Assembly: GCA_024704765.1 (NCBI GenBank) | Contig: JAKMXF010000301.1 | Location: 451,143-515,142, forward strand | Length of the DNA: 64,000 nt | Direction of reading: 5' to 3' | From: Oopsacas minuta | Taxonomy: Eukaryota; Animalia; Porifera | In this document: piece after piece, positions 23,208-37,249 of the stretch | How the letters are laid out: every line of letters starts with the position of its first letter | How positions within the stretch are numbered: the stretch's first letter is position 1 | The notes under the pieces: model-generated | Database searches by the model: none | What the model was told of the DNA's origin: nothing | What the model saw: the letters and a program-made list of their open reading frames with translations, nothing else | Made by a program: the position numbers and the translations under genes

Positions 23208-24567
23208 GCGTAATTGTATATTATTTCGTCGCTCCGCTCGAATTTAAAATCCACCAAACAAGATATTTACAAATTAGTATGATCATCCAGCCAATAAATT
23301 GTTCAATTTGTTTGCACTAATTATCTGTCGACTAAATAATATTAATAGAAGGGAATACTGGAGGAGATTTCATCGGTACAATTCAAGAGTGTGAAAATCG
23401 GAATCAGCGTATTGAATTACCCCCTTTTGGTGTTTAGAAGAATCTTCTACGATTATTCAAAGGTTATATTATCGGGAAATACATGTCTTCTAAATTATCC
23501 ATGGTTAATTTCAAAAAATATTATATTCATAAATATTATCGAAATAATTAGTGCTACCGATAAATTTAGACAATTAATGAATGCATAGTATATACAACAC
23601 TAGAAGTACCTACTGTATGACTAGTAAATATTTAACATCTAAGAACAATAGAATTATTACCGATGACATAGTGCTATATAATGAATATTTTTCATTTGCT
23701 TTCAGCAAAAAACCATAACCAATATAAAATTCTAGAAGAGTAGGAAGGTGTAGAATTTTCTTTTTCGAAAGGTGTGAAAATTTTCGCACTTTTCCTTTCA
23801 TAATTTTTGCTAGAGGCCAGACAAAAGTTTGACCATTGTGAAATAGTGGCACTTGGTGTCCGATTGATTAGCAAAGGGGAGAAGCACACCCGACGAATAT
23901 CTCCAATATTTTTCACACCACATATCACCTTAAATCACCTTAATTCTATCCAATTTTGGCTGCAGGCTTTTACGGAGAAAAAGATAATAATAATATAGGC
24001 ACCCATTCAATACTGGGCCACTATACTAAAGTATAGTCGGCACAGTAAAAATAGATGATTCAACTGAGCACAGAACTAATAAAGATTTGAAGTACTTCCC
24101 GATGTCTGAATCACACATAATTGGTATAAAAAGAAATAAGAAGAATGACGTTTATTATCAATTAAAAAATTTTAATATCCAAATTTTGGCGACGAAATGA
24201 TATTATCAAAATGAGTATCACTCTTCCTATTAATCGACAATCTTCATGGTTCATTTCGAATCGGAAAGTTATATATATTTATTCCTGAATAGATGACGCT
24301 TTATGATAGCGAAATTTCAAATATTCTCACACTAAACTGTTTCAGTTATAGTAGAAATTCGAAAATTGACCCTATTTTCAACCATATTTGCTAGGATTTG
24401 TTCCTGAAGTCATATTATATATATTAGTTGGAACAAAAGAAAATCAAGAACAATAAAATATAATTAATGAATATATTAATCAAACTGATAAAATAAGTAA
24501 TACAAAAGATAAATATAATATTATTAAAGAAAAATACAACAATGATTAATTATAATTATAATAACTA

Positions 24568-26053
24568 CAGGTGAGCCGAAAGTTCTGCAACAAATTACAA
24601 TTAATACATATTCCAAAGTTTTATGCTATTATTTTACAGGTATCGTTGCATATGGATAAACTAATTATATAAAATATTTCTAAATGCTTGAATTCGTAAA
24701 TTATGAGATCTAATTCATTCAAATCTCTTCCCTTTGGCTTTGATGCACATTTCAATCTTACAGGGAATTTAGTGCATGCTCGCGCTACTTCTTCCTGGTC
24801 TAAATCATTCCATGAATGAACAATTGCCCTTTTCAAACCTGAACAGATTTATGTGAGTGATTGTTCACTATTGCCTCCATTCTACCCCACAAATAGTAGT
24901 CACAGGGATTGAGGTCAGAGCTAGAAGGGGGTCACTCATCTTTGTTGAAAAAATCAGGAATGTTGCTAGAAAGCCAGTCCTGATTAATCTTAGCTGTATG
25001 AACTGGGCTCCGTGCTGCTGAAGCAACCAATTTTCCCCCTTCATGAAGATATGACTTATAGGTAGAACATGTTTTGATAGAATCAGGTTCTGGAATGAAT
25101 TGGCATTAATTTTCGAGCCCTCTGGCACAGAAATCATTCTTGTTTTCCCTTTTTCCGAAATTCCAGCTCAAACCATCACTGACTTGGGATGTAAAAATTT
25201 TGTAACATGTTTACATTCCTCAGGTATATTTTCACGCGATATAGAATACACAAGCGAGTTTTGACTGTTGTACTTTTCCTCGATGCACCATATTTTCTCA
25301 TCTGAATAAACGATATTTCATGATCAACATTTTTGAGACGTTTCACGAGCATACGACAACGTTGCAATCTTTTCCTAATCGTGAGAGGAGTTAGGGCTTC
25401 GGTTTTAGTTCTCTTGAATTACTTAACACCTAGATCGTATTTTAGAATTCGCAGGACCGATGTGCTAGAAATTAAAGTCCTACTTGCAATTTGTCTGTAG
25501 GATGTCGTGGGCTTTCTGATTATCATCTGCTTGACCTTCCGCTTGGCTGCTGTGGTACGAACAGAACATGGTCGACCAGAACGAGGTACGTCTTTCACTA
25601 TCCCACACTTGTTGTAATCTGGAAATAGTCCGAGAAATGAAAGATCACGTGTAATTTTTCGAACCGAGTGAGTTCAATATTTCTGTCTGTCGATGTCCAT
25701 TCAACCAAAGTTGGATAACTGCAGACCTCTTAGCCTCAATAGGTTTAGTTTCGGACATTATTGCAGTATTGTGGGTATCAATGCTGTAGTATGATATATA
25801 TTCGAGTCACATGGAATAGTTAATCGTATATGACATGCCAAAAGGTTACCCAACAAAGTTTATGAAATTCGAATTTCAGAGGGTTTATGTATAGTATGCA
25901 AACTTGGATAACATACTTATGCTTGTGGGGCGGAAATGTCAACTAAATTGAACAAATTGTGCGATTTGCAACAAAAGCACGCAAAATTGCCACAGTCGTG
26001 AATATTGTACTAGAAAGGAGTTTTAGCTATGGAGACATTTTCAGATCACCGTG
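24568..26053 (-). mobile_element. Degraded Tc1/mariner (maT-like) element; transposase remnant about 24690-25758
   Basis: Minus strand reads MSETKPIEAKRSAVIQLWLNG...DVPRSGRP (HTH), YSDEK, WLLQQHGA, and LKRAIVHSWNDLDQE. Left TA|CAGGTGAGCCGAAAG is clear; right end (CACCGTG|TA) is tentative. Confidence 0.75.
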
Positions 26054-27321
26054 TATCAACCCTGGCTAAAATTTTAATGTGACACTTTTGGACACAATGT
26101 TAATATGCCACTTTTAGAAATATAAAATGACTAAAAATTTTACAATATGCATATCATATTCCATAATTATATCGATATTTGCAATCAGCGTAAAATTCCG
26201 CTTCGTTCGATTGGTCACTCGAATATATTTGGAATATTTTTCCCTAGCAACGCTAGAAAGTGTCAGGAATGTAATAACATTCCAGTACAAAAATTTCTTA
26301 ACTCCATCGAGTGACCCTTATTCGACGCCCCCAGGCTTGCTGAGTCTATTTATACATATAACGACACTGTAAATGGTTTATTTACACGATTTTCCAACAT
26401 CGAACTCCCCGGGTACCTCAATTTCCTGATAGTTCTTACATATTTCAGATGAATACACGGTTATCGTCTGTTTTCTATTTAAATCCGTAGTCATAGATTG
26501 AGTACTATCCAGATTTCGGTAAGTGACCAACTATTTATGATAAAATGTGAAAAATATTGTGATTTGAATAGTCTGTAATGCCAAAACCTTTGACTCTTCC
26601 TAAGAGATAAAGCTTCTTTATGGAGATGAACTAAATTCTATGCTACTGTGGGAAGTTGTTTGATTGTCTCAACAAAAACATGTGATAGTTCGGAGCAATA
26701 ATACAACTTCACACCGGAAAGAATATAGTTTATCCACATGCAAACGAGTATCTTTCAGGATGAAACATAAGTATTGGGAATGCAGACTATACACATTCAC
26801 AATGTTTCTCAAATTTTATCATATATATTTGCACCAGTTACCGAGATCTAGACAATCTCGAAAATGTAAAATAGCAGGAAAAATGAGGAACTGCGGAGTT
26901 CGATGTTGTAAAATCGTGTAAATAGAGCACTGTAGATGTATGTAATTATATATAAATAGGCTGAGTAGCCTGGCAGCGTCGATCAAGGGCCATACGATTG
27001 ATTTAGGAGAAGTTTTGGACTGGAATGTTGTCACATGACTGACATTTCCAGCGTTGCTAGGGAAAATATTCCCAAATAATTCGAGTGACCCAATCGAACG
27101 AACCGGAATATTACGCTGATTACGAATATCGATATGTATTAATGGGATCAGATAAGCATTTGTAACACTATGGCCATTATTCATTTTCAATAAGTGGCAC
27201 ATTAAATACCCGCCAAGGTTGATATACGGTGATTTGAAAATGTCTCCAGAGCTAATAGTCATTGCTAGGACATGATATAGGACTGTGCCAATTCGCAAAA
27301 TATAGTAAATCCCACACTGTA

Positions 27322-28631
27322 CAGGGTGACAAATAAGTTCTGTCCCATATGTTTGATGTAGTGTAGTTCCTTATTAAAGAACCAGATTAAACAGTTATAG
27401 TGTAAGATAAGTAACAATGTATATATTTAAAGTATTCAATGGTAATCTGTACATTCTGAACAAGCTAAAAGATTCTAGGCAAAATGGAGAAGAATAGGGT
27501 GGCTATTGTTAAATTATATTTGCAAGGGAAAGCCAAAGCGAAATATTGAAGATTCTCAATTTCCCCAAGTCGCGCAGGAAATTGATATATCGTACTATTA
27601 AAAGATATAAGGACACTGGTAGTACCTCAGACAGGCAGAGAAGTGGACGTCCAATATCTGCGACCACTACCCAGAAGAGAAAGGTTATCCGTAGTCGGAT
27701 TCAGCGAAATCCGCAACGTTCGATGCCAAAAATGGCGCTAGAACTCAAAATATCAAGAGAATCGGTCCGAACAATTGTGAAGAGCGATATGGGCCTATTT
27801 CCTTACAAAAAGAGGAAGGTTCACTTTATTTCGCCACAGATTAAAGAAAAGAGACTAGCCAGGAGCAAGGCCTTACTCGCCCGGCTCGCAAGTTTTGGCC
27901 TTGATGAAATTTTATTCTCGGATGAGAAATTATTCACGGTCGAGCAGGCGTACAATCGTCAAAACGATCGAGTATTGTCTCTTCTCCATCTTCCATACCA
28001 CAAGAGTATCGATGCGTCCAAAGAGTTCAGCATCCTCAGTCAGTGATGGTTTGGGCGGGGGTGTCCGCAAAAGGCCGTACCCCACTGGTTTTCATCCCAC
28101 CGGGCGTAAAAATAAACGCTGTTAAATATCAGGAGCTCGTTTTAGACCCAATAATGAGAGGCCTTGGTAAGACCATGTTCAATAATCGTCCATTTTTATT
28201 CCAGCAAGACGGTGCGCCAGCCCACAAAGCGAAAGTCAACCAACAGTGGTTACGAAACAATATCCCAGACTTCATCCCCAAGGAGGAATGGCCTCCTTCC
28301 AGCCCAGATCTCAACCCGATGGACTTCTCGTTGTGGTCAATATTGGAGACAAATGCGTGCACTACTTCCCATAAGAGTATCAAGTCTCTAAAAACGTCTT
28401 TATCCCGAGAATGGGCAAAAATCCCGCAGGAAAAGTTGCGCGCCGCTGTCGAGTCCGTCCCCAAGCGGCTAAGAGCTGTCATCAAAAAGAAAGGGGGCTA
28501 TATCGAACAATTTAATATATTATGAATCTATATTTAGTTTCCTAAGTTATAGCATAATTTCAAGTCAATATCTTAGTTCATAGCTTAGTTATAATAAATT
28601 TTCAATGGGACAGAACTTATTTGTCACCCTG
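27322..28631 (+). mobile_element. maT / DD37D (Bmmar1-like) Tc1-mariner element, young
   Basis: Perfect 27-bp TIR CAGGGTGACAAATAAGTTCTGTCCCAT, with TA on both flanks. Confidence 0.95.
27484..28525 (+). pseudogene. DD37D transposase with two frameshifts
   Basis: MEKNRVAIVKL / RSGRP / FSDEKLF / VMVWAGVS / FQQDGAPAH...SPDLNPMDF. I count 37 residues between the second and third Asp. Confidence 0.92.
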
Positions 28632-30837
28632 TATTTACAGAGATACACCCCCAATAAGATAATACGGTCAGGTATATGAAAGCCATGTCATCCATGTTTA
28701 GAAAGGAAATCGAGCCAGTTGTGAGTAGGTTATTACGAAAGTCCTCAAATAAATACATTAGTAAAAGATAGCTGTGCGTTTAAGCGAAAGGTATAGAAAA
28801 TTCCAATTAAAACAGAATTTAGAGTAGATCAATTTTCAGTCTATGCATTTGCCAATGTGGTTAGGCTTTCTCAAGTCCACGTAGTTTAGTAGTCAGTGTA
28901 ATACTAATGCAGTGTTTCCAAAAATTGGGGAAATTACAATGGTGATCTAGGATAAGGACAATTACATTGAAGGTATAAATGCTGAATGGGGGGGTTTATC
29001 AGGAGATTCTCCGTCCCAAACTCTCTCACTCATAGATTCTACTATATTTGGTCGGGCCGGACAAAAACAACACTGGCCATACATTTCGTGACATACATTT
29101 TAACAAATATATGCAACTAGTGAATAAAATTTCTATTCATGAGAAAAAGCAAATCTTAAAATCTTAAAACCGGGCGGAAGATGGAGCAAAAAGAACTATG
29201 GGGCGCTCGACCCCATAACTCCCCTAGAAACGTCACTGGGAAATTAGCGTCCCGGAGTAATATGGCTCTTATGAAAGTGTAAAGGGTAAAGGGTAAAGTC
29301 GAGAAATTGTAATTGAAATAAATTTGTTCTATGATAATATGCCATAATCCGAATGTCTTTGCTTTCCATGTCTAAAACTTTATTGATTGTCGGATGGATA
29401 TGATAATAGATTAATAATATTACTACGATACTTTTAAATGATTTTTCAATGTGCATGAAGAAAAAGGTAAATTGGGTGGAGGCAGGGGCGGTCCGATGAT
29501 CTGACAAACCCAAGGCATAATCCAGTGTATTATAGTAGAGTTGTTCCCGTGGCAGGCGCTGGGCTGTCAGGGAAAGGGTTTTTCCATGTACAAACGCCCC
29601 GTTTTCCCCACTTGGAGCGCAGCTGGTTATCAGGGGTAATGGATAGAAGAAACTTATATGATTTGGGTAACGAGGTGAAAAAGGTTGGGGAACAGTGTAC
29701 TAATCTGAAATAATTATGGCTGGAAATTCAATCAATACTACAAAAACGCTTATAATCTGTATGTATATATGTTGTATATATTTGTTCCATGAATTGATTG
29801 TAGAAACTGGAGGACCCCAGGGCTAATTTTGTATATACAACCGTATTTTGGGCCTGGCTAGGACAAGTTCGAGGATTGGACAAAAATTCACAACTATGAC
29901 GAAATTATGACGTCATTGTAACCTTTTTGGATTTTTGAATATTCACATTAATAACCACTGCTCAGCCAATATACCTGATAGAGTTTGAAATTAGAACCAC
30001 AGGTAACCCCAAATATGTCAAATGTCCTGACGTCATCAATTTTGACCAAATACTAATTGATCTTGGAAAATTTAATCCGATACACTTAAAGTATATCTAA
30101 ATGTGTAATACAGATCACTAGCCTGATGGAAATTAAAGAAAGCTATGAGATTGAAAAATTACCGTTACATTATACTTGATAGCAAGGTTAATCAGGGTGT
30201 CGGTCATCTCAACACTATGAAGAAAATAACTTGTAGTAGATAAACATGCTTTCTGCATAACTTCAGATGATGTACCATATGTCTTGTGTTTGGAATGGTT
30301 TAGAATACTACTCATGTGTTTGAGCAGTCAGGATATCAGTTAAATAATATCTGTTGAAAAGATAAATATAGTAACCATAATAAGAAAATGTGTTGACAAA
30401 TAATATATATATTAGCAAATCAAGACAATACTGTTTGTTTTGAACTGGGGCGAGGCCAGCCTTACATATATTTGGAGGGGGCTTAAGCCCTGGATGTATT
30501 CAGGCTATCGAATACGGCTCATCAATTGTGAATGTTTACTCAACTTAAGCTACACAGGCATTCACGATAATACAATCGCAGAATCTTACAAGCAGGGCAT
30601 AAGGATCTTACGATTAAAAGATCGTACGATTCGGATCTAGATCCTTCTTAAGAGCAAACTCTAATTATATTGCGAGATTTCAACTATTTGTTTACATTAT
30701 ATTCATAAAAACAACAATATATTTACTTATGATAAATTCGAAAGCGTGAAAATCGGAATCAGCACACTCGATTACCCCAAAGTGATTATATACTTCTCCT
30801 ATATAGTCAAGAGAAGCATATGTTATTCCCTATATTA

Positions 30838-31790
30838 CAAGGGGTGTTCAATAAATACCAATCACTGTGCCTAAGAATTACTCGTTCTGTATAAAAATTC
30901 CTAGTTTTTATTAAGGATGCTTGAAATAGTCTCCTCCACACTCACAAACTGGATTCAACCTCTTAATCCAATTTCTAATGTCATTTTGTACTCTTCTTTA
31001 GGTATGTCATTGAGGTAATGATAAATAGCTCTTCCGAGGCTGACTTTATCCTCAAAAGCATGTCCAGAAATGTGGTCTTTCAACTTGCGAAACAGCCAGA
31101 AATCACATGGAGTTATATCTGGTGAGTAAGGAGGGTGTAAGACCTCTTCCATCCCCATATCCTGAATTTTTTGTTTTACAGCCAAAGTTTTATGCGGCCT
31201 GGCATTATCGTGAAGAATCTTCGATCTACAAGTACTTGTTTTTGGACCACGTTTGGCATAATACTTTTCAACTTTTGGTAATACTATTTAGGTGTAAAAT
31301 GTCTTAGTAAGTGTCTGGCCCTTTGGCACAGGTATCTGAGTACTGGGCCTAAGGCTTCGAAACATATTCAATAGAGAAACTTCGCTGCGCGAATGTCTGA
31401 CACACAGAGGGCTGGAGGTACCTCTCCTTCCTTGAGCCAAACCTTCCCATCCTGCTTTCTAATTGGTGGACTGAGTGGTATCCAGGTTACATCTCCTGCC
31501 ACAATTTCAAATAGTCTCCTTGGATCGACTCGCTCGTAAATTTCTGGGTTTCTTTCACACATTTTGAATCTATCTTCCTTCTGTTTGAATGTTAAGGAAA
31601 GTGGTACCCATCGTACTTGAACCTTCCTCAACTCTAATCTGTCATAAGAATTGTATGAGCACTTCCTGTTGAGATGTTCGCATACCTAGCAATTTCTCCA
31701 ACAGAAGAACCAGGGTAATACTCAAGCAATGTTGCCACCCTGACCTTCTTTCTTCATTACTTGCTCAAACTTTTCAGAAATTGAACAACG
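30838..31790 (-). mobile_element. 5'-truncated, degraded mariner (DD34D-type) element
   Basis: TA|CAAGGGGTGTTCAATAAATA terminus. Minus strand reads RWVP, IVAGDVTW, HDNA, HPPYSPDITPCDFWLF. Confidence 0.85.
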
Positions 31791-31809
31791 TACCTAACCC
31801 CATTTGTAG

Positions 31810-34760
31810 TTTACCTAAAGGATGGCAGTTACTCACTGGAATCTCCGATGCCTGTGTCCATCTCCCAGTAACGAACACAAGCTAGGCCAATTGAGGCTGT
31901 CAATTCAAGGTCACCCGAAAGAAACTAATATCCTGGGAGTTATTGAAACTTGGCTCAATATGAAATTTCAAACCATAGAAATATGCATATGCAAATTATG
32001 GATGTGAAAGATAGAGTTTTTGGTAGGGGAGGTGGTGTCGCCACTTATATCAGAGATAATAGTCCATACCAACGACGTCGGGATCTTGAACACTCTGGAA
32101 GACTGAAACTATATGGATTGAAATCTTTCACAATGGTGCTTCTAAGATCCTGATCTGCATAGTGCACCGTTCTTCAAATGATCCTTTAAGTACATGGAAG
32201 CCATTATTCCTAAATGAGGTTGAAATAACCGTTTTCGAGAAAAACAAATTATCCTTATTGGTGATTTTAATATGGACTTACTCAATCCTAAATACTAAGG
32301 AAATTGAATTGTTTGATGACACGCATCTTATGGGGGTGAGTATAGTCTAGAGACATGCAATAAGTTCTAGTTGATCGATCTCTTTGAAATTTTACCAGGA
32401 TTTTGGATCATCTTCTAGCATCCAAAAATGCAGTAATATCTTAACAACTAAATATGATTTAAAAATTTTAATTTTAAATTCGTAAACTTTCAAAATATAT
32501 TATGAAAAGTGATCAAGGCTATAACTGTCGTCAACAAGCTATTTGTTTGAAATCGCCTAGAAAGAAAAGTAAGTTGATTAGATTTCGATCATTGAATGAA
32601 GCAACAATATACCTCACTCTTTGTCTATCAATCTATCGGCTAAATATTCTGAAAATTCACTAATTCTTACTATTCAACTTATATCGTATATCCTTTAAAC
32701 TTACTCTACTCAGGGGTGTAAGATCTCCCCACACCGTTGAGTCTTTGATCCTGGCATATATGCATGCCAAATTATACAATTTTCGACATGGAAAATGGCT
32801 ACTCACAAGTTCACACGAAATCGAGGAAGATGAAACACCACTTTTCCAATGGAAAATGGTCATTTAATGCAAATAGTTTACAAATTACATTAAATAATAG
32901 CATAAATAGCCGATATAATTAGTACAATATAGCATGGTAGATACCCATCCATACAGTGGCAATTCATGAAGTATTCTCATGGACGCCCCCTCTGGAGGTC
33001 AAAATCTGTTATACAGAGGGACGGGGAAAAGTTAACATTTGGGAGCAAATATCATAAAACTATCTAAGACAGGGCTATAAAATTTATACATCATGTTATA
33101 AACATATTGTATATACTATCCATGCAATATTTCATCAAGTTTTACTAAATGTGTGTATATTAGGGTATAGATTTCTCTTAGGGCCGAGTGGTTTGAGGCC
33201 AAAATTAGGGGATGCCAGCCTAAATCTAAAATATTTCCAAAAATATTTATATACAGCTTTAATATTTTTACCACTTCTAAATCAATTTGTGGGGGGGACG
33301 GGGGAACCTAGAAATCCAGGGTACACTAACCCCTTAAACCAATTATTAATGTCCCCATCTGAGTAACTACCTGTTCCGAGAAACTGGTAGATCATAGTAC
33401 TTAAATGATGTGAACATACTAGTGAGAGTACCATGTATTGAACTCAGTGACCACTTTCCTATAGAACTTCTCTTAATGATAAGATATATCATTTGATAAT
33501 TCAATGCAGGTCTTATATACATTTGCTTGATGACAACTTACTAGCTGATATTGAGAGCTGTTAACTGGGATGGCCTTGTCATTTATCAAGATCCAAATGA
33601 AGCATCAAAAAATTTGTATACATTTTCAAAAACATCTGTGATAAACATGCTCAACTTGTTAGTAGGAGAGTAAAAAAACACATAGGCAACCTGACTGGTA
33701 TACCAGACAAATTGCTAAAAGCTATATCCAACAGTGATCAGTTTAAGTATTTCCAGGATTGTGAAATTATAAAATATGGTGTAATAGATGTACAGGTAAA
33801 CCTCCGTGATACGCCGTCATTGGGAGAATAATTTTGAGCTGTATCTCGGAGGTTGCTGTATGTTAGAGGTTGGCCTTATACAAGCTTAATATACTATTTA
33901 AGGCCGAAATAGCAGATCTGAATAATAATAAGTATTAGTAATGGTTATTGAAAACAGATTAACCGAGGGGGCAAGTTTTGGCGGAGAGATTCAGTGTATA
34001 CCGTCTCTAATCCATATGTACCTGAGATATAAATAGATAAAATGAATGATATTCCCCCCCCCAGTCTTCAGACAAACTCCTCCAATTTCCAAAATTTCTA
34101 CAATTAGATATCAATAAATAATATAGAATGCAAAATTTGGATGGTTAAACTGACTATTTGTAAAATTATTTATCAAAGGTTTGATTGTAAGAGTGATATG
34201 TAATGTAAGATGTATACATTATATCAGTTTATTGTCGCATCTCGGAGGTATTTTGCATGAAAATATTCAATCCAGAGTTCATTCAATTGCCGTATCTTGG
34301 ACATTGTCGCATCTCGGAGCTGTCCTATCTCAGATGTTCAAGAAGTACTATTAGCATAGGAAAATCAATCGGTGGAATCGGATTGTCCCGCTTTGGGAGG
34401 TTTACCTGTATAGCAATATATAGAAAAGTGTTAAACGTTTCCAAGAAGGATCCTAAGAAATTAAGGAAGCACTTACGTGATCTGACCCCAAAATTATTAG
34501 CAAACGTTCCCTCTGGTAATTGATATTGACTCCAGGTCAGTAACTGATCAAAAAAAATGCTAATTGCTTTAAAAATTACTTTATATCAATCGCGGAAACA
34601 ATGTCTCCTTCATATCCTATCAATTCTTCAAATTCCAGGTTTACATACTAAACCAACGTATTTCTAGAATATTAGACTCATTTATACTTACGCATTCAAA
34701 AGTTCCCATCTTTGTTTAATAGCTTACACTATAACTACTTACTAATCAAATTTCTACATA
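31810..34760 (+). pseudogene. Degraded CR1/L2-like LINE ORF2 (APE endonuclease plus linker), interrupted by MITEs
   Basis: HWNLRCL..., ILGVIETWLN, DRVFGRGGGVATYIRD (endonuclease, 31820-32350); DKHA...RRVKK..QPDWY (about 33640-33710); KDPKKL.KHL and IANCFKNYFISIA (34440-34600). Confidence 0.7.
33793..34408. mobile_element. pogo/Tigger-type MITE inserted in the LINE remnant
   Basis: TA|CAGGTAAACCTCC...GGAGGTTTACCTG|TA with a perfect 13-bp TIR. Confidence 0.88.
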
Positions 34761-34769
34761 TAATGTTCG

Positions 34770-35190
34770 AAATAATGCCCTCTACATCTTTGCCTAGTTG
34801 TAGCCTTTCAATCCACTTCGAAATGTTTTTTTATACTCGTCTCTGTGCACTGAATGAGGTAGTGGCAAATTCCGTTTCCTAGCTCTTGTCGGGTATGAAA
34901 TAGCAGTTTTCCGAGATTTTCTTCAGCTCAGGAAATAGCCAGAAATCACAAAGTGATAGATCTGGGGGATACGGAAGTTTCAAACCCGATATCTTCAATG
35001 ACTTACCTAATGTATTTTGAAAGGTCTGGCAAAATCGTAGAGAATCTTGATTCCTCCAGTTCCTGTTTGCAGACGGTGTTTCAGGGACTTTCTCCACTTC
35101 TCTCAGGCATTTATGGTTCTCCTTTATGCACAGGTTTTTGAGCCACTGGCCCATACGCATCAAAAATATGCTGTAGGAATATTTTTGCCA
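34770..35190 (-). pseudogene. 3' fragment of a mariner transposase
   Basis: LPYPPDLSLCDFWLFPELK and KWIERLQLGKDVEG.YFE on the minus strand. Confidence 0.75.
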
Positions 35191-35267
35191 TTATCTCGCA
35201 AAAATATCCTTACAGCATATTTTTGACACGATTATCTCGAATCTTTCGATATTCGAGATAATCGTGT
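35161..35267. repeat. Two back-to-back hairpins (28-bp and 17-bp stems)
   Basis: 35161-35188 pairs with 35198-35225 (2 mismatches). 35226-35242 pairs perfectly with 35251-35267. Confidence 0.9.
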
Positions 35268-36151
35268 AGATTTGACCATTTCTAACATCTAAGAGTCTGA
35301 TTTTCTAAAGAGGTTTTACTCTTTTAGTACCTCTTATTGTTGAAATTTCGGACTATAACCCTTTAATACTGGGTTTCTAGAGTTAGACAGATGTTTTGTG
35401 GAATACCAACTTAATGAACTGACATGTTTGTTTATATAAGAGATTATGAAAGAGAATATTATTAATAACAAATCAATATTCATTTAGATATTATGATCAA
35501 TGTTTATACCTAATTAGCTGAAAAAAGGCAGAAAAGACCATAAAAGACCGTTTTTTCCCGAACCACGGGTAAATTTAGCTAAAATCATGAAGAATATACC
35601 ACTATCACTGTTATACATCTGAGATTATCGGGATCTATTCAGAAAATTTTCGATCCGATCCCTATCTCGATCCCATTTTCTCAAATAGATCGACGAACCT
35701 CTTCCGATCCTTAACAGCAATACCTGGGTATTTGAGTACGTTGAATCAGAATTTAGTTCTGCCAAGTTTCTCATATGTAAATTAAACAAATAATTGAAAT
35801 ATACACAGTAGAGTCTCCCGAAAAGGACACTCCGAGAAGCGGATAACCCCCTACAACGGACAAACCTCGTGGCACGGATTGAATTAGCCATGCATGTAAT
35901 ACTTAATCAGTCTCCGAGGAGCGGACAACTCCGAATTCCGAACAACGGACAGGGAACAAGTCCCGAATGGTATGTCTTAATACAAAATGAACTACCAAGA
36001 AGGACAACCAGAAACTGCAACCGATAATTTTCATAGACATCACAAAAGTTTACATAATAATATGAGTGCTATACAAGTCCCACATCTTACACTATTCAAA
36101 TATATATCATTGTCTGATGAAGCCACGCAGTAGAAGTTAATAAAATGATAC

Positions 36152-37149
36152 GGGTCTAGCACATTTGCGTACATCACATTTGCGTACAAGGTTTGTCATA
36201 CAAATTTGCGTACATCACACTTGCGTACAGTATGTTATTATTTGTTGAATTTTGTTCGGGAGTAGCGTGTATACACATGATAATAAATGGCCATTTTCAA
36301 AAGGATTGGGTCCTCCAATAAGACAATGAACTGTGTATAGTTGGCAAAAGAGAGTAGGGACTGTTTTGAATGTGCCATCGGCTAGCCAGATCTTTGACAT
36401 GGTCAAAAATTCTATGTTCTCTTTAGTTGCAAATATCACTATCCTATCGGGGCCAATGCCAGAGTCGTAGAATAGAAAATTCCTGTTAGAAAATGTCTTG
36501 ATGTTTTCAGCGTCTAATTGAAGTTCTTCAAGAGATACTGGATTAGGTGGAGCAATACGTTGCCTTTTATACATCATTTTCAGGGCGTGTTGATTTGAAA
36601 GCAGAGACTTCGCAGATTCAGACAATAAACTAGTCATCTCTCCTATCGCAACGTGTGGATTGTCATTAGTTTCTCTCCCTCGCTTCCTCATTAAATCTTC
36701 CATGACTGTTACCTCATCTTTACCGTATTCCTGTGGGTGAGAATGTTCCCCAGACTTTTTGATGATTGTCTCATCAACGGAGTGTATTCTAGCTTTACAT
36801 CCTCGCACTTCACACCGCCACTCCTTTTTGATAGCTCCCCGATGGAAAATATACAAATATCCGTCGTGGGGTAATTTGTTAGTCCCCTTTGAAGATTTGA
36901 CTATTTGGAATGAAGTATCGCTATTAGCAGACATTAGATACTTGGTGATAAAATATCCAGCTCATCCAATGGATTTTCTAGATCTCGAAATAATTTTGTA
37001 ATTAGGGTTTATTTATCTGTGAAACCTTTAATTAACTTGTCAAATATACATTAAATTGTACACAACTGTGATGTACGCAACTGTGAACTATAAAGATTGT
37101 ACGCAAGTGTTATGTACGCAAGTGTGATGTACGCAAATGTGCGGCTCCC
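36152..37149 (-). mobile_element. Internally deleted MULE inserted in the Tigger element
   Basis: TIRs GGGTCTAGCACATTTGCGTAC / GGGAGCCGCACATTTGCGTAC with TGCGTACATCACA repeats. Perfect 9-bp TSD AAATGATAC (36143-36151, 37150-37158). Confidence 0.93.
36215..36934 (-). pseudogene. Truncated FLYWCH-MULE transposase (stops after the first catalytic Asp)
   Basis: HDGYLY...WRCEVRGCKARIH...HSH (FLYWCH) and WLADGTFKTVP...QLYTVH. The ORF then runs into the subterminal repeats. Confidence 0.88.
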
Positions 37150-37249
37150 AAATGATACAGATATACTTGTATCCCAATTATTTCTAGTGAGATAACTTGT
37201 GGTTTAATTCCTATAATTGAAGTTATCTTATTGCTGCGATTCAGCTTAT

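Noticed and set aside
26640-27298. 159-aa minus ORF and possible plus-strand transposase trace (VIVRSNN...)
   Set aside because: There is no convincing motif series in any frame.
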